From the IMG/VR virus record IMGVR_UViG_3300033512_000249, positions 1 through 38,579 of that record: DNA of 38,579 nucleotides; one strand, written 5' to 3'. This DNA is from a virus. Its lineage: Duplodnaviria > Caudoviricetes. Each line of letters opens with the position of its first letter. The first letter of the stretch is position 1. The notes below the pieces were generated by a model. The model saw only the letters and a list, made by a program, of their open reading frames with translations. It did no database searches and was not told where the DNA came from. Shown here piece by piece: positions 12,479-23,311 of this stretch. The translations under genes and the position numbers were made by a program.

Positions 12479-13318
12479 ATGGAAAAGGAATTAGTACAGA
12501 TGTATAAAGAATACGACAAGCTATCAACTGCTCTTCCCAACATGAGAAATGAGCATAATTTTCTAATAGAATCTATTGAGAAGAAGAGAAAAGAGCTGGG
12601 GGATGTATCTAGACTAAAGCTAGAAGAGTCGGAATCTATACAAATAAAGAGAATGGAGTTTGATAATTACGTCAATTCTAAGAACTCTGAGATAAATATA
12701 GATAGAAAAAGAGTGGACTCTGACCTAAAGGCAGAACAAGAGAAAATCTATAGATTAATAGAAGAGCTTAAGAAGAAAAGAGAGTCCGCATCTATAGAAA
12801 GGGAGGCTACAAATAAAGAGTCGGTAGAGTTCTCAGCGTATCTCTTAAAAGAAAACAATAGAATCAAAAAAGAACTAGAAGTGTTGGACAAAAAAGAAAA
12901 AGATATGTTATTATTGCAGGATAAACTTGCTTTAGAGGAATCAAAAGTAAAGTCTCTTATAGCAAGCAATAACAGCAGTATTGTCTTAGCTAAAGAAATG
13001 GTAAGTGATGCTATAGCTAAACAGAAAAAGGCGGAGGAGTTATATTCTAAAAGTATAAATGAATCTGAGAAGCTTGTTGCTTTAAGAAGCTACATTGAAA
13101 GCAAAGAAGACGAAATTATAGAAAGATGAAAAGCTATAGATTATAGGATTAAAGATCTAGAATCAAAAGAAAAATGAATAATAAAAAAAGAACTAGAGAT
13201 AAAAGAAAGGGAGACTTCTATTAAAGATAAAGAATACAATTTAGAGTGTAAAGAAGAGGACCTAAAGGCAGAAGAGAAAAGACTTGTTTTACTTTCAAAA
13301 CAATTAAAGAATGGCTAA
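12479..13318 (+). CDS. Long coiled-coil protein (279 aa)
   Basis: E/K-rich heptads continue past the TGA at 13127. Confidence 0.75.
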
Positions 13319-13664
13319 AGAAACCGTGAGTATGGCAATAGCGAACTGAGATACGACTAACCCCATACAAGCAAGCGTAGTAGTAAGCACAGGGGATCCC
13401 ACAAAGAACGCCTTGATTGTTTCTTGACCAACAGGCTGAGGGATCCCGACACTCCCCGCTCTAGATACTTGAAGCTATGCTATCTCTGATCTCGACGAAT
13501 CAGGGACGACTAAGTATTACTGATTTGCTGATTGAGCTTGAGCGTGGTATATCCTAGCTATCACCAGTACAACGGCAAGGTACATAAAGTGAGCATCCGA
13601 CTATACAACAAACTGGACGAACAGAGCTGGGCTTTCTTATGATTATTACTACAATATTTTTTAG
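13311..13664 (+). CDS. Putative virion protein (117 aa)
   Basis: Recoded ORF with YYGF..GAWYI..RY..G..Y.T.W.NRA.L.Y pattern that I recall from phage structural modules. Confidence 0.65.
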
Positions 13665-13679
13665 TTAAGATACTACAAA

Positions 13680-14369
13680 ATGGCAATAAAGTCTGCACAG
13701 TCTGCGTTTAATCCGCTATTGGCATCAAATATCCAGAAAGTAAGCTACTCAAAAGAGCCAGTTGATGCTTTTGTGGATTTGCCAGCTTCTTGAAATACTA
13801 TAGGAGATCAAAGAGTAGTGTTGGCAACAAATATAATGTATGTTTGGGATTGAGCATTACGAAACGAGCTTTGAACGTCATTCACTTGAGCTCTTACAAA
13901 CTATCTATGACTATGGAATGCCACTACTAACTCCCCAACGATAGTATCTTCTACGTGAACTCTATGAGATTGGTATAAGGTAGGGACCGCGGGAACTACG
14001 AGTATCGATGGAATAGCTTCTTGGGAGGTGAATGATTATATATGGTTTGATTGATTAGTACGACAAAAAATAGATAACCAAACTTGAAGTTCCTCGGCGT
14101 TCTTTAATATAGTAAGCAATACAACACTTTCATCTATCCATTTCAACGGTATTGTGCAAACCACTTGAACGCTTACGCTTACTCTACCGACTGCGGTAGG
14201 AGTACAAAACTCAAGAATAACAATACTCAAAAGCGATGACTACAATTATACCGTTACACTCCTAACCACATCAAGCCAAACAGTAAACGGCGAAACCTAC
14301 ACATACATAAACCCACAATATACATCATTTACAGTAGTGTCAGATGGTGCAAACTGGAAAATACTTTAA
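13680..14369 (+). CDS. Tail fibre / appendage protein (229 aa)
   Basis: YVWDGALW, GLWNATTNSPT..GDWYKV..DGIASW..WFDGLVWQKIDN repeat module; C-terminal VSDGANW. Confidence 0.75.
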
Positions 14370-14385
14370 TTCGTAATATATTAAC

Positions 14386-14850
14386 ATGGCTTTTTTACCT
14401 TGATGATATGACAGCAGCTTGGATGTAGGGAAAACGATATCTCAGAACCCCGAATCTAGTTACTACCAAGATGTAACTCCTTTGATTTCTACTGCATACG
14501 AACTTACAGCTACTTTTGCTGATGTAGGCTTTGAGATACCTTGTGCTTGATATAAATATCTTACTTTGCGATTTACAATAGATATAAACACCTCTACTGG
14601 AGTTCATATAAGAATTTTGCATAAACACACAAGTGCAGGAACGGAAGAATATAGAGAAATTTATTTATGAAGTCCAGCAGGAAATCAAACAACTATAAAT
14701 CTTAATGATTATCTTATTGCAACAGATACATACCAGTTATTTAAGATTACTTTAGATGTCACTTGAACCCCTTATATACAAGTCCAAGCTAAAGATGATG
14801 CTGATTGAACGGGTCAAATAGATGCTTTATATTATACACTAACTTACTAA
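14386..14850 (+). CDS. Putative virion beta-sandwich protein (154 aa)
   Basis: Recoded ORF; its TAA overlaps the next ATG. Confidence 0.65.
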
Positions 14851-16532
14851 TGAAAGAATTACAATCATCATTTGACGGTAGAATATCAAAATTAAATAGC
14901 ACTTCAACAGTTCTTGCTTGAGGTTGAGTTTTTACTTGAACTGCTGAAAATATAGTAGATGTTTGAGTAATAGTTATCTCTGTAATAGCAAGTCATATAA
15001 GTGCTATAAATTGACTATCAGTGCAGTTTTCATCTGATTGAACTAATTGGGATATTACAGATGTTTTTACAATACCCGCAACAACAGGAAAAACATTTTC
15101 GTTTCAACCAGCTTGAAAGTTTTTTAGAGTAGTTTATACAAATGGGGCTACTTTACAGACATATTTTAGACTACAAACTTTATTAAAAGCTACTTATGTA
15201 AAACCAAGTTCTCATAAAATACAAGATGCAATTTCTACTGATGATGATGCAGAACTTACAAAATCAGTATTGACGGGTAAAGACCCTAGTTGAATATTTA
15301 GAAATATAAATACAAATGCTTTTTGAAATTTACTTGTTTCTCTTTCAGAACAGAAAGATGCTTTTGGTAGACTTAGAGTATCAGAGCCTTATACAGTTTT
15401 TGATAATTCTTTGACATCGTCTTTTTGTGATAATATTTTTTGGTCTACTCTTACAAATGGTACTGGTAGTTGAGCATATACACAAACAACAAGTAAATAT
15501 ACACTTTCTACTACTACCGATTGAGATTATGTTGTTAGACAAACAAAACAAAGATTTAAATATCAGCCTTGAAAATCGCATCAAATTTTAATGACTTGAT
15601 TATTTACAACAGAAACTGGACAAATAAAGAGAATTTGATTATTTGACCATGATGATATCGGACTTACAACGATAACAAATGCACCCCAAAACTGAGTATA
15701 TTTTGAGAACAATGCTTGAACTTTGACATTCAATATAGTAAATAATGGAACAGTCACAGAAAGTGTAGCACAAGCGAACTGGAATATCGATAAACTTGAT
15801 TGAACTTGAAGTAGTTGATTTACTTTTAATGTTTCTTGAACAAATATTCTTTTTATTGATATGGAATGGCTTTGAGTTTGAGCAGTAAGATGTTGATTTG
15901 TTTCAAATACTGGAGAAATAGTAGTTGCACACCAATTTAGGCACGCAAGTAATTGATTTACTGATGTGTATATGAGAACGGCTAATTTACCACTATCTTA
16001 TTCAATAACAAGTACGGTTTGAGCTTGAAGTATGAGTCAAATATGTTCTACCGTTATGAGTGAGTGATGATTTAACCCAAAGGGTTCTTACAGGTCTATT
16101 TATAATAGGACAGTAAACCAAATTGCATCAAGCTGAATAGAAACATTGCTTGGAATAAGATTAAAAGAAGATTGATTTGAATATATGACTGATATTACAG
16201 ATATTTCTGTACTTGCGACGAGTGCTTGAAGTTGACATTGGATGTTATTATTTAATCCAACATATACTGGAGCATCAACATTCACTGATATTTTAGACTC
16301 AGCATTGCAACAATCCGTTACAGCAGGTTTGCCTATTACTAACGAATGATATGTTTTAGCTTCGTGATTTTTTTCCTCCAAAACAGACCAAGCATCATCA
16401 GATATCCAAAATGCTTTGAGATTATGAAAAAGTCTTGCAAGTGTTCGTGATGAAATACGGCTTTGTGTTTTTAATACCAGTTGATGAAACGAGTCATATG
16501 TTGGTTCGATTTGAGTTAGAGAATATCTTTAA
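14850..16532 (+). CDS. Tail spike / adhesin-like protein (560 aa)
   Basis: NST..L..GGVFTG N-domain; DAFGRLRVSEPYTVFD, YQPGKS, WNIDKLDGTG, EWLGVGAVR motifs common in phage structural proteins. Confidence 0.75.
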
Positions 16533-16549
16533 TTTCTAAAATATTAAAA

Positions 16550-16930
16550 ATGTTATTCAAAAAACTAATAGAAAATAATCCAGAAGAACCTATAAATTCA
16601 ATTATAGCTATGGAGATATACAGTAAATTCAAAGATTTGAATACAGACTCTGAGTCTTTTGTATTTTCAGAATTAAATAAATTTCCATTTGATTATATAG
16701 TAGAAACAAAACAAGAGATTAATAGGCTAGAAAACATAGTTATGACTGCGATGCAAAGTGAAAACAAACCACAATCAAAAGAAGAATTGAGATTATTGTT
16801 GTCTAGTGATTTGATTGACTGTGATATAATTCTACAAGACACAATAGATTACATAATGGTATTTGAGTTAGATACAACACGAGCTGATTTTATAGAGCAA
16901 TTTACAAACAATGAAGGAATCACTATATAG
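16550..16930 (+). CDS. Hypothetical acidic protein (126 aa)
   Basis: Track ORF, tightly packed with neighbours. Confidence 0.7.
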   Translation: MLFKKLIENNPEEPINSIIAMEIYSKFKDLNTDSESFVFSELNKFPFDYIVETKQEINRLENIVMTAMQSENKPQSKEELRLLLSSDLIDCDIILQDTIDYIMVFELDTTRADFIEQFTNNEGITI

Positions 16931-18140
16931 TCAATGAAAACCAATCTTTCGTTTCACAGCGAATAGTGAACAAGATGTGAGGATACAAGGCTGAACGCCA
17001 AGTAATATCACTTTTTCTAATTGAGTTGCTAACTTATGAAGTTCAAACTCAAATAATATAACATATCCGACAAGGTCTATCGGTAAAATACGGACTATCA
17101 AAGCTACACTTATCACTTGAACTATATGAGCGGTAACATATTTCATGATATGTCAATCACAGGGGTTTTGATGAAGATATTTTTTCTTATGGTATGCAAA
17201 CGGGTTTTTTCAGATTGATTGGAACGGTAGCCCTAAAGTAAACTTCAATGCAAATACTTTTGTTGCAAATACCAAATATAATCTAGTATTCACAGCAGAT
17301 TGAACTAATCTAAAAATGTATATCAATGGAGTATTGCACGACACAAAAGCAGGTTCAGCAACTGGTTCAAATGATGCTTATATAAATAAAACAATGGCAC
17401 CGTATGTAATTAATAGCACTGTGTGGAATGCAGAACTGTTTGAAATATATAATTATGCTTGGTCAGCCTCACAAGTAGCAAACGACTATAATTCATCGAC
17501 TTTCAAAGACATAAGAAACTGACTTATACTTGATGTTGATAGTAGACAAGGAGTGATAGAGGATAAAATGGCAGGTACAATAACAAACATAAACTGAGTA
17601 GCAATAAAAAAGAATAAAAACAATGATATGTATTTTAATTGAACTAATTCATATTTGATTTGTCCTGAATTAAAACCAGTATATTTATCATTTTGATGAC
17701 GGGTATTTAATAAATGAGTAGGGAGTACGGCATTATGATCGGTAATAATAAGTTTGATTGGTGCATATCCACAAGTTATACCATATAGTTTTGTTGTAGA
17801 CTATGCTAATGCTAGAGCTTGATTATATATAAATTCAAACACATTAGTATCATTTACACCAAATTGAAGTATGAAAAATAATCAACGGCAACATGTCTTT
17901 GCAAAATATGACGGTGCATATAAATATATCTATATAAATTGAGTTCTAGCAAATCAAACAGCACGAACATCAAATCCAAATTATACAACTTGAACTTGAA
18001 CTACAAAAGTTTGATTTCTAGTCTCATGATTTTATAGAGTACCACTGTGATTTATGAATATGGTTAGAATGTATAATCGTGCATTATCAGAAAACGAAAT
18101 ATCCCAACTATACACTTCCCAACTTCCATTTTTTAATTAG
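16911..18140 (+). CDS. Tandem LamG / concanavalin A-like domain protein (409 aa)
   Basis: LVFTADGTNLKMYINGV, WQHVFAKYDGAYKYIYINGV, VRMYNRALSENEISQLY. Confidence 0.85.
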
Positions 18141-18179
18141 AAAAAAAGTTTTTTTGAATTTTTAACTATAAACAATAAA

Positions 18180-20030
18180 ATGCGTATCTTTGAATTCAAC
18201 CCAACATATTGAATGGTAGATATGGTTTCTTGAAGCCAGTTGTCTAATTCTGGAGTTGTTTTCAAAAGAACGGATAAATGACTGGCTGGACATTTCAATT
18301 GAAGTAATTATATAGAAAGTTTATCTCCTTGAACATACTCTGAATTTACACTTATTATAAATTTCAAATTAAACAAATCTATTGCCAACCAACCATCAAA
18401 TTTTCCAACATTTTTTGACAAATATACACTCTCAACATGATGATTTTGAATTTCATCTAGCAAGTCATCAAATTCAATATTTATGAGAGTAATAAGTTGA
18501 TGAGCTATTTTTGATTATTTAATTGCTGGTGCTATTATATGAACAAACTATAATCAATTGGTTTTGTCATACTGATGATGATTAAGAAAATCCTATCTGA
18601 ATTGAGTCTTATTAAATTCTACATCAGTATCATATACAGCAGACAATAAAAATATAACAATATGATCATACGGGACTTGAACATTAAGCACATTCTTAGA
18701 ATGAAACATATATTGAGTATATTTATATGACAATGTCTTATCTCTTACAGAGATTAAAACAGAATACAAAAGATTCCTCCAACTCCAACCACTACTAGAA
18801 AAGAAAACAAACTTCTTTTATCCAAAACTAACAGAGCTGAAAAAACCTTGACTTGTAGGAGCTTGGAATATGAAACCAAATGGGACTACTCTTGTCGATA
18901 TTAGTGGGAACTGAAGAAATATAACATTAAGTTGAACATACCCAACAAGAAACTGATTGTTTTTTAACTGAATATGAAGTAGCCAATTATCTAGCAGTAT
19001 AACGCCTGTAACAATTTCTTTTATTGTTAAAAAAGCAACATCAAGTTCAGATGTATTCTTGAGCCAGGCAGCTGCTTGATGAACATTTGTTGTTTATATA
19101 ACAAGCTTAATACAACTTTGATTTGTGGAAACATGATGAGTTTGAAACGTCTTGGCTGGTTTTAATATGCCAGTGAATGTTACAATAACTATTACAATAG
19201 TACATAAAACCACATCTACTGATTTATATGTGAATTGATCTTTTGTAAGTAACACTGTATGGGCAGGAGCTAGAACATTAAAACCAATAGCTTATATATG
19301 ATGATATTTTACAGGTTCTCCATTTTATTATAAATGAGAAGTAGAAGACTTAAGACTTTTTTCAACACAGCTTCCAGCAACAGAAATAAAAGACTACCAC
19401 AACAAATGGGCAAGACAAATAGTATTCAAAGAAACATTTGCATACGACAAAGCAGATTGAACAAAAACTATTCCTAATGGTTGGATAAATTGAACTTGAG
19501 CATACAAATTAGTAACAGAAACAACTTGAAATGCTATTGTAAAGAAATGAACAAAATATTTACAATGTACTTCATCTTGAGCAATAGCCTTTCCAAGCAA
19601 ACAAGCATATTGAACTTGGGAATTTAATTGTAAAAGAACTTTAACTAATCAAGTGTTTGTATATTTGAATTGTCAAAGGATAGCAAGTCAAGATTCTAAC
19701 TATTGATATAGGTTTTATATTACTACCTCAAATGAACTAGCCTTAGTTTTTGAAAACTTTGCATCTTGAACGGCGATAATACTTACATCTAGTAATTATG
19801 TGGCAGTCAATACAGATTATAGAATAAGAATAACAAGATGACCTACTTGACAATGGTGGATGTATATAAAATGAGGAATTCGGAGTAATTGGCATACAGT
19901 AGTAGCATTGCCTGCATATCCTAATTGATGAGCAAATAATACATACACTTGAAGCGATTTTTTTAATGTTGATTTAGACTCAGGTTCAACTATTTCCGAC
20001 ATAGTAATCAAACAATGAATTGAAGTTTAG
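18180..20030 (+). CDS. Multi-domain LamG/lectin receptor-binding protein (616 aa)
   Basis: YLNGVL..LYDNVLS; GLVGAWNMKPNGTTLVDISGNG; LYVNGSF; a third beta-domain at the C-terminus. Confidence 0.82.
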
Positions 20031-20031
20031 C

Positions 20032-20059
20032 TTGCAAAATATAAGATTCTGACTATATA
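20032..20059 (+). promoter_or_regulatory. Putative promoter of the lysis module, TTGCAA-N16-TATATA
   Basis: Intergenic; same geometry as the other promoters. Confidence 0.5.
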
Positions 20060-20107
20060 GCAAAATGTGACCAGGCGACTTGCCTCACCAACTAACCATT
20101 TATAATT

Positions 20108-20413
20108 ATGTTGATGTTAATGATAGACGAAACAACAAAGATATCACTGAGCTTGTTCACAGTGCCAGCAATAGTCTCTGCGATAATAGTATTCGCATAT
20201 AAAGTATTCTCTGCTAAGTTCTGAACTACCTATAGGGTGGAAAAACTAGAAGAGAAATGTAGAGATCATTTAGAATGACACACTAAACTCGAAGCTAGGG
20301 TGGAAATACTGGAAAGAGTAAGCACCCAAATGGATATAAGGTTTACAAAGATAGAAGCTAAGCTCGACTACCTTGTGGAAGGCATGTCAGAGATAAAAAA
20401 AAAACTTAACTAA
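20108..20413 (+). CDS. Single-TM plus coiled-coil lysis-module protein (XhlA/holin-like)
   Basis: LSLFTVPAIVSAIIVFAY helix followed by heptads; upstream of the endolysin. Confidence 0.65.
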
Positions 20414-20459
20414 TCACTTGTAGTAGATACTCTACACATTTACTTTGTCACAAACCAAT

Positions 20460-20654
20460 ATGGAAGAGATAACTTGTGAGGATATGGACAACAAAGAAGA
20501 AGCACTTGAAAGATCACTATGAAAGTATATAAACAGGTATCGAATGTTATTGTGGGATAATTTAAAGGTAGACAAATATCAACAGCTCAAGACGTTAATC
20601 CAAGAAGACGAATATTTACCCTCTAATGATAAAAACAATGACAAAACTTCTTAA
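20460..20654 (+). CDS. Hypothetical protein (64 aa)
   Basis: ATG..TAA filling the gap. Confidence 0.45.
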
Positions 20655-20853
20655 AGCACTTTCATGAAAAAAGAACATCATCCAATGAGTTATTTGACTA
20701 ACTGCTTATTTTCTTATGGACAAATGACTAATAGATTCCATCACTTTATGATACATTCTTTGAGTAAATGTGTTGGTGTTCGGATACACAAGCTATAAGA
20801 CAACTCAAATGTATAAAGAAGAGTCTAAAGATTTAACTCCTAACCAAGCATAA
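20638..20853 (+). CDS. Holin-like protein (71 aa, 2 TM)
   Basis: LSGKKNII start and two hydrophobic helices; TAA overlaps the endolysin ATG. Confidence 0.7.
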
Positions 20854-21218
20854 TGATTATAAATGACATCAGTTTGCTTAATCCCAATACTAGGAATAAA
20901 GTAAAATGTTTCATGAAGGAATGTAAAGAAAAGTGATACGAGATTTCAGTATTCGAAACACTACGCACTATTGACCGTCAGAAACGACTAGTAAAGAATA
21001 AAAAGAGCTGGACGATGAAGTCGAAGCATCTATCAGGAAAGGCTGTGGATTTTGTCTTTGGATCAGGGAAGAAGATAACTTGGAGTTGACCACGAAGTAA
21101 GTTGATCCCTATCGGCAAAAAGTATGGATTGAAGAACTTAGCTCCTACAGAATACTGCCACTTTGAAGACGATGGCACACCATTCAACGAAATTTACAGG
21201 CCTATGATAAGCAAATAG
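20853..21218 (+). CDS. Endolysin, M15 (L-Ala-D-Glu type) peptidase (121 aa)
   Basis: FETLRTIDRQ, SKHLSGKAVDF (SxH..D), EYCHFE zinc ligands. Confidence 0.9.
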
Positions 21219-21238
21219 GTTTTTATTGTTTTGGTAGT

Positions 21239-21421
21239 ATGGGTCGAATAGATTCTATTATTCTAGAACGGTACTCAAAGATATTCAAGCAAAGCATATT
21301 GGAAGATATCCAAAGACAAGATTATGATATCCCTGAATTTATAAATACCAAGAAACGGAAATTTTATCTTAATAAAATAAGAAAGATGCCCTGCTGAAAG
21401 AAAGGTAAGAAGAAAAAATAA
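21239..21421 (+). CDS. Hypothetical basic protein ending MPCGKKGKKKK
   Basis: Recoded ORF directly before a terminator; start uncertain. Confidence 0.4.
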
Positions 21422-21445
21422 GGTGGCCATATAGCCGCCTTTTTT
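21421..21445 (+). terminator. Intrinsic terminator after the lysis module
   Basis: AGGTGGC-catata-GCCGCCT followed by a T run. Confidence 0.75.
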
Positions 21446-21463
21446 ATAACCTAAAATATTGTT

Positions 21464-21733
21464 ATGAAGGTTATATACACCCTAATAAACTCAGAAACAA
21501 ACGATTGCTACACAGGCCAGACTAACTCACTAGCGACTAGGATATCGCAGCATATAGCAAATGGTCTTTTCTGAATATTACAACTTCCAGTTACCGTACC
21601 AATTCGAGTTCTTTTAAATACATGAAAGCTTATACTTCGTGTATTTATTTCTAAAGATCCTGATGGAGACGAACACAGAGTAATACAAGAGACAAAAGAT
21701 GAGTGATATAATGTTATTAATAAAAAACCCTAG
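21464..21733 (+). CDS. GIY-YIG nuclease family protein (89 aa)
   Basis: VIYTL..CYTGQTNSLATRISQH..E..GYNVIN. Confidence 0.8.
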
Positions 21734-21747
21734 GACATACCTAGGGT
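21722..21747 (-). terminator. Intrinsic terminator for leftward genes
   Basis: A6 then ACCCTAGG-acata-CCTAGGGT. Confidence 0.65.
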
Positions 21748-21772
21748 AATTGTTACAAATAACTTTAGGGCG

Positions 21773-21877
21773 TTATTTACTAGCCACATAAACAAAAGTA
21801 TTTCTTAAAGGAATACGTGGGCAATCCCAACATATACAGAAATACATACCGCAAACTTCACATTTCTTGAATTGCAT
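21773..21877 (-). CDS. 34-aa Cys-rich peptide MQFKKCEVCGMYFCICWDCPRIPLRNTFVYVASK
   Basis: ATG..TAA, CxxC..CxCxxC pattern, upstream of the minus-strand terminator. Confidence 0.45.
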   Translation of the reverse strand: MQFKKCEVCGMYFCICWDCPRIPLRNTFVYVASK

Positions 21878-21887
21878 AACTTTAAAT

Positions 21888-22016
21888 TTAATTTGTTATT
21901 ATCACAAAGTTTCCAAATGCTCCGACAACTATAAGTGTTGCTATGACAACAAGCACTATTATTATAATAATAGCAGCACGAGCCTACCCCTTTTCTGGGT
22001 CATAATCTTCTTCCAT
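21888..22016 (-). pseudogene. Single-TM peptide gene with in-frame TAG at codon 11
   Basis: MEEDYDPEKG*ARAAIIIIIVLVVIATLIVVGAFGNFVIITN. Confidence 0.45.
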
Positions 22017-22118
22017 AAATTTTTGTTTTAATGTTACAACAATTTATTTTGCTGAACGGTTGAAATATAAACAAAAAAGTATAGAAATGAATCGAAACAA
22101 AACTTTATCTGATATAAA

Positions 22119-22367
22119 ATGGTTATCAAAATGTGAAGAATCTACTTTGAAATCATCTTCCACAACGATCCAGACTATCTAAAAGTAAAAGAGCTGTCTG
22201 ACAAGTTAGGGATGTCTATCCATGATCTATGAAAAGAGGCTTTAGATCGTCTCCTAAAATCATTTGGCGTTGAGATAATGGAGCGTATGGATGTTAATAC
22301 ACAAAAGAACCCATTAAAGTCTATTTATAGCAGAAAACCAGAGAAGGGAGTGAAGCATCTCAAATAG
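22119..22367 (+). CDS. Ribbon-helix-helix-like DNA-binding protein (82 aa)
   Basis: Beta-strand RIYFEI then YLKVKELSDKLGMSIHDLGKEALDRLLK. Confidence 0.7.
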
Positions 22368-22373
22368 TTGATA

Positions 22374-22409
22374 CAAACAAACACTCTTTGCAGGGGGTGT
22401 TTTTTGTTT
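22374..22409 (+). terminator. Terminator after the RHH gene
   Basis: AAACACTCT..GGGGGTGTTT hairpin with T run. Confidence 0.65.
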
Positions 22410-22422
22410 ATGAAAGATTCTC

Positions 22423-22450
22423 TTGATTTATTCGTAAATATGTTTATTAT
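22423..22450 (+). promoter_or_regulatory. Promoter TTGATT-N16-TATTAT for ncRNA A
   Basis: Shares AAAGATTCTCTTG with the promoter at 22789. Confidence 0.6.
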
Positions 22451-22455
22451 GTGAT

Positions 22456-22766
22456 CGATATACAAGTTTAAGGTTCTTCGTATATTGCGATAGTGATAAC
22501 GGCACGCTGTGCATGTTGTAACTCTGGGAAAGCTACCCAGTACGCTTATAAACACTTTACTATAGTCACAAACATATCTGTTTGTTGTTTTTCTATAAAC
22601 AAATAATAGTTTATAAAAAACTCTATATTAGTAAAGGTTTTGAAGCAATAGATCCTCCGGTATCTGTGCATATCATAACTAATATAATATATAAACACAT
22701 ATATTTGTCTCTATAGTAAGAGAAGAAAACCTAACATGAAGGAGTCGCAAGGCTTCTTTTTGTTTT
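22456..22766 (+). ncRNA. Candidate structured ncRNA A (about 310 nt)
   Basis: Bounded by promoter and terminator; no sense ORF; many hairpins. Confidence 0.5.
22738..22766 (+). terminator. Terminator of ncRNA A
   Basis: GAAGGAGTC-gcaa-GGCTTCTTT followed by Ts. Confidence 0.75.
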
Positions 22767-22788
22767 ATATAAAAAAGTAAAGATTCTC

Positions 22789-22816
22789 TTGCAATCTATA
22801 ATTTATTTACTATAAG
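22789..22816 (+). promoter_or_regulatory. Promoter TTGCAA-N16-TATAAG for ncRNA B
   Basis: Sits directly after the terminator; repeat of the 22413-22425 motif. Confidence 0.6.
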
Positions 22817-22821
22817 CATTC

Positions 22822-22947
22822 CTGTCCGATGAAAGCAAACAGTTCCGCAAGGAGTCGTTTATGATTATTGGAAGACTCTACAATATGTTCCGTAAGGAGG
22901 CAGTGTAGGGGTTTCGAAAGACCTTTCTAGCAATAGAGAGGTTTTTT
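22822..22947 (+). ncRNA. Candidate sRNA B (about 125 nt, three GNRA-capped hairpins)
   Basis: TCC-gcaa-GGA, TCC-gtaa-GGA and terminator GACCTTTCTA-gcaa-TAGAGAGGTT with T run. Confidence 0.55.
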
Positions 22948-22958
22948 GATAAAAGAAA

Positions 22959-23054
22959 AAAGAAGCGACTTCGACCTTGCACAAGATAGCAAAACTCTAG
23001 CGTCATAGACCTTGAAGTTTTGGCAATTTGTGCATAGTGTCGTTGGAGCTTCTT
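22959..23054. repeat. Long imperfect hairpin, copy 1 of a motif also at 24221-24297
   Basis: AAAGAAGC/GCTTCTTT, CGAC/GTCG, TGCACAA/TTGTGCA and CAAAACT/AGTTTTG stems. Confidence 0.7.
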
Positions 23055-23065
23055 TATATGTAGAT

Positions 23066-23296
23066 TTAATTTAGAAAATCTTTTCTATCTATTCACGCTG
23101 TCTTTAACATTTTACTAATTGTAGAGGGTATCACTTCTTTTGCTCAATGATCGACAACGGTAAAATCTAATAAAGTTTTAGGGTTATTCCATATTCTGTG
23201 ACTTCATCAACAATTATACATAAATTTGCATCATAACTCCTTTAGTTTACGCACAATATCATCATATTTCATCGGTTTTACTTTTAGCTGTGTCAT
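23066..23296 (-). CDS. hicA: HicA-family toxin (76 aa)
   Basis: MKYDDIVRKLKELGC..GGSHRIW.NP..TVVDHGAKEV..TISKMLKTAGI. Confidence 0.88.
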
Positions 23297-23311
23297 CGCA
23301 TATAAGGTTAA

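Noticed and set aside
16911-20030. Diversity-generating retroelement acting on the LamG genes
   Set aside because: I saw no reverse transcriptase gene and no template/variable repeat pair.
909-21187. Minus-strand ORFs in the supplied track (e.g. 4682-5398, 8708-9268; likewise 30029-30754)
   Set aside because: They are antisense shadows of recoded plus-strand genes that carry recognisable motifs.
22325-22555. 76-aa minus-strand ORF
   Set aside because: GTG start, no motif, and it crosses a terminator, a promoter and the end of the RHH gene.
22822-22947. Hammerhead ribozyme (CCGATGA..CGAAA)
   Set aside because: The core is CCGAUGA rather than CUGANGA, stem II closure is wrong, and no stem I or cleavage triplet is in place.
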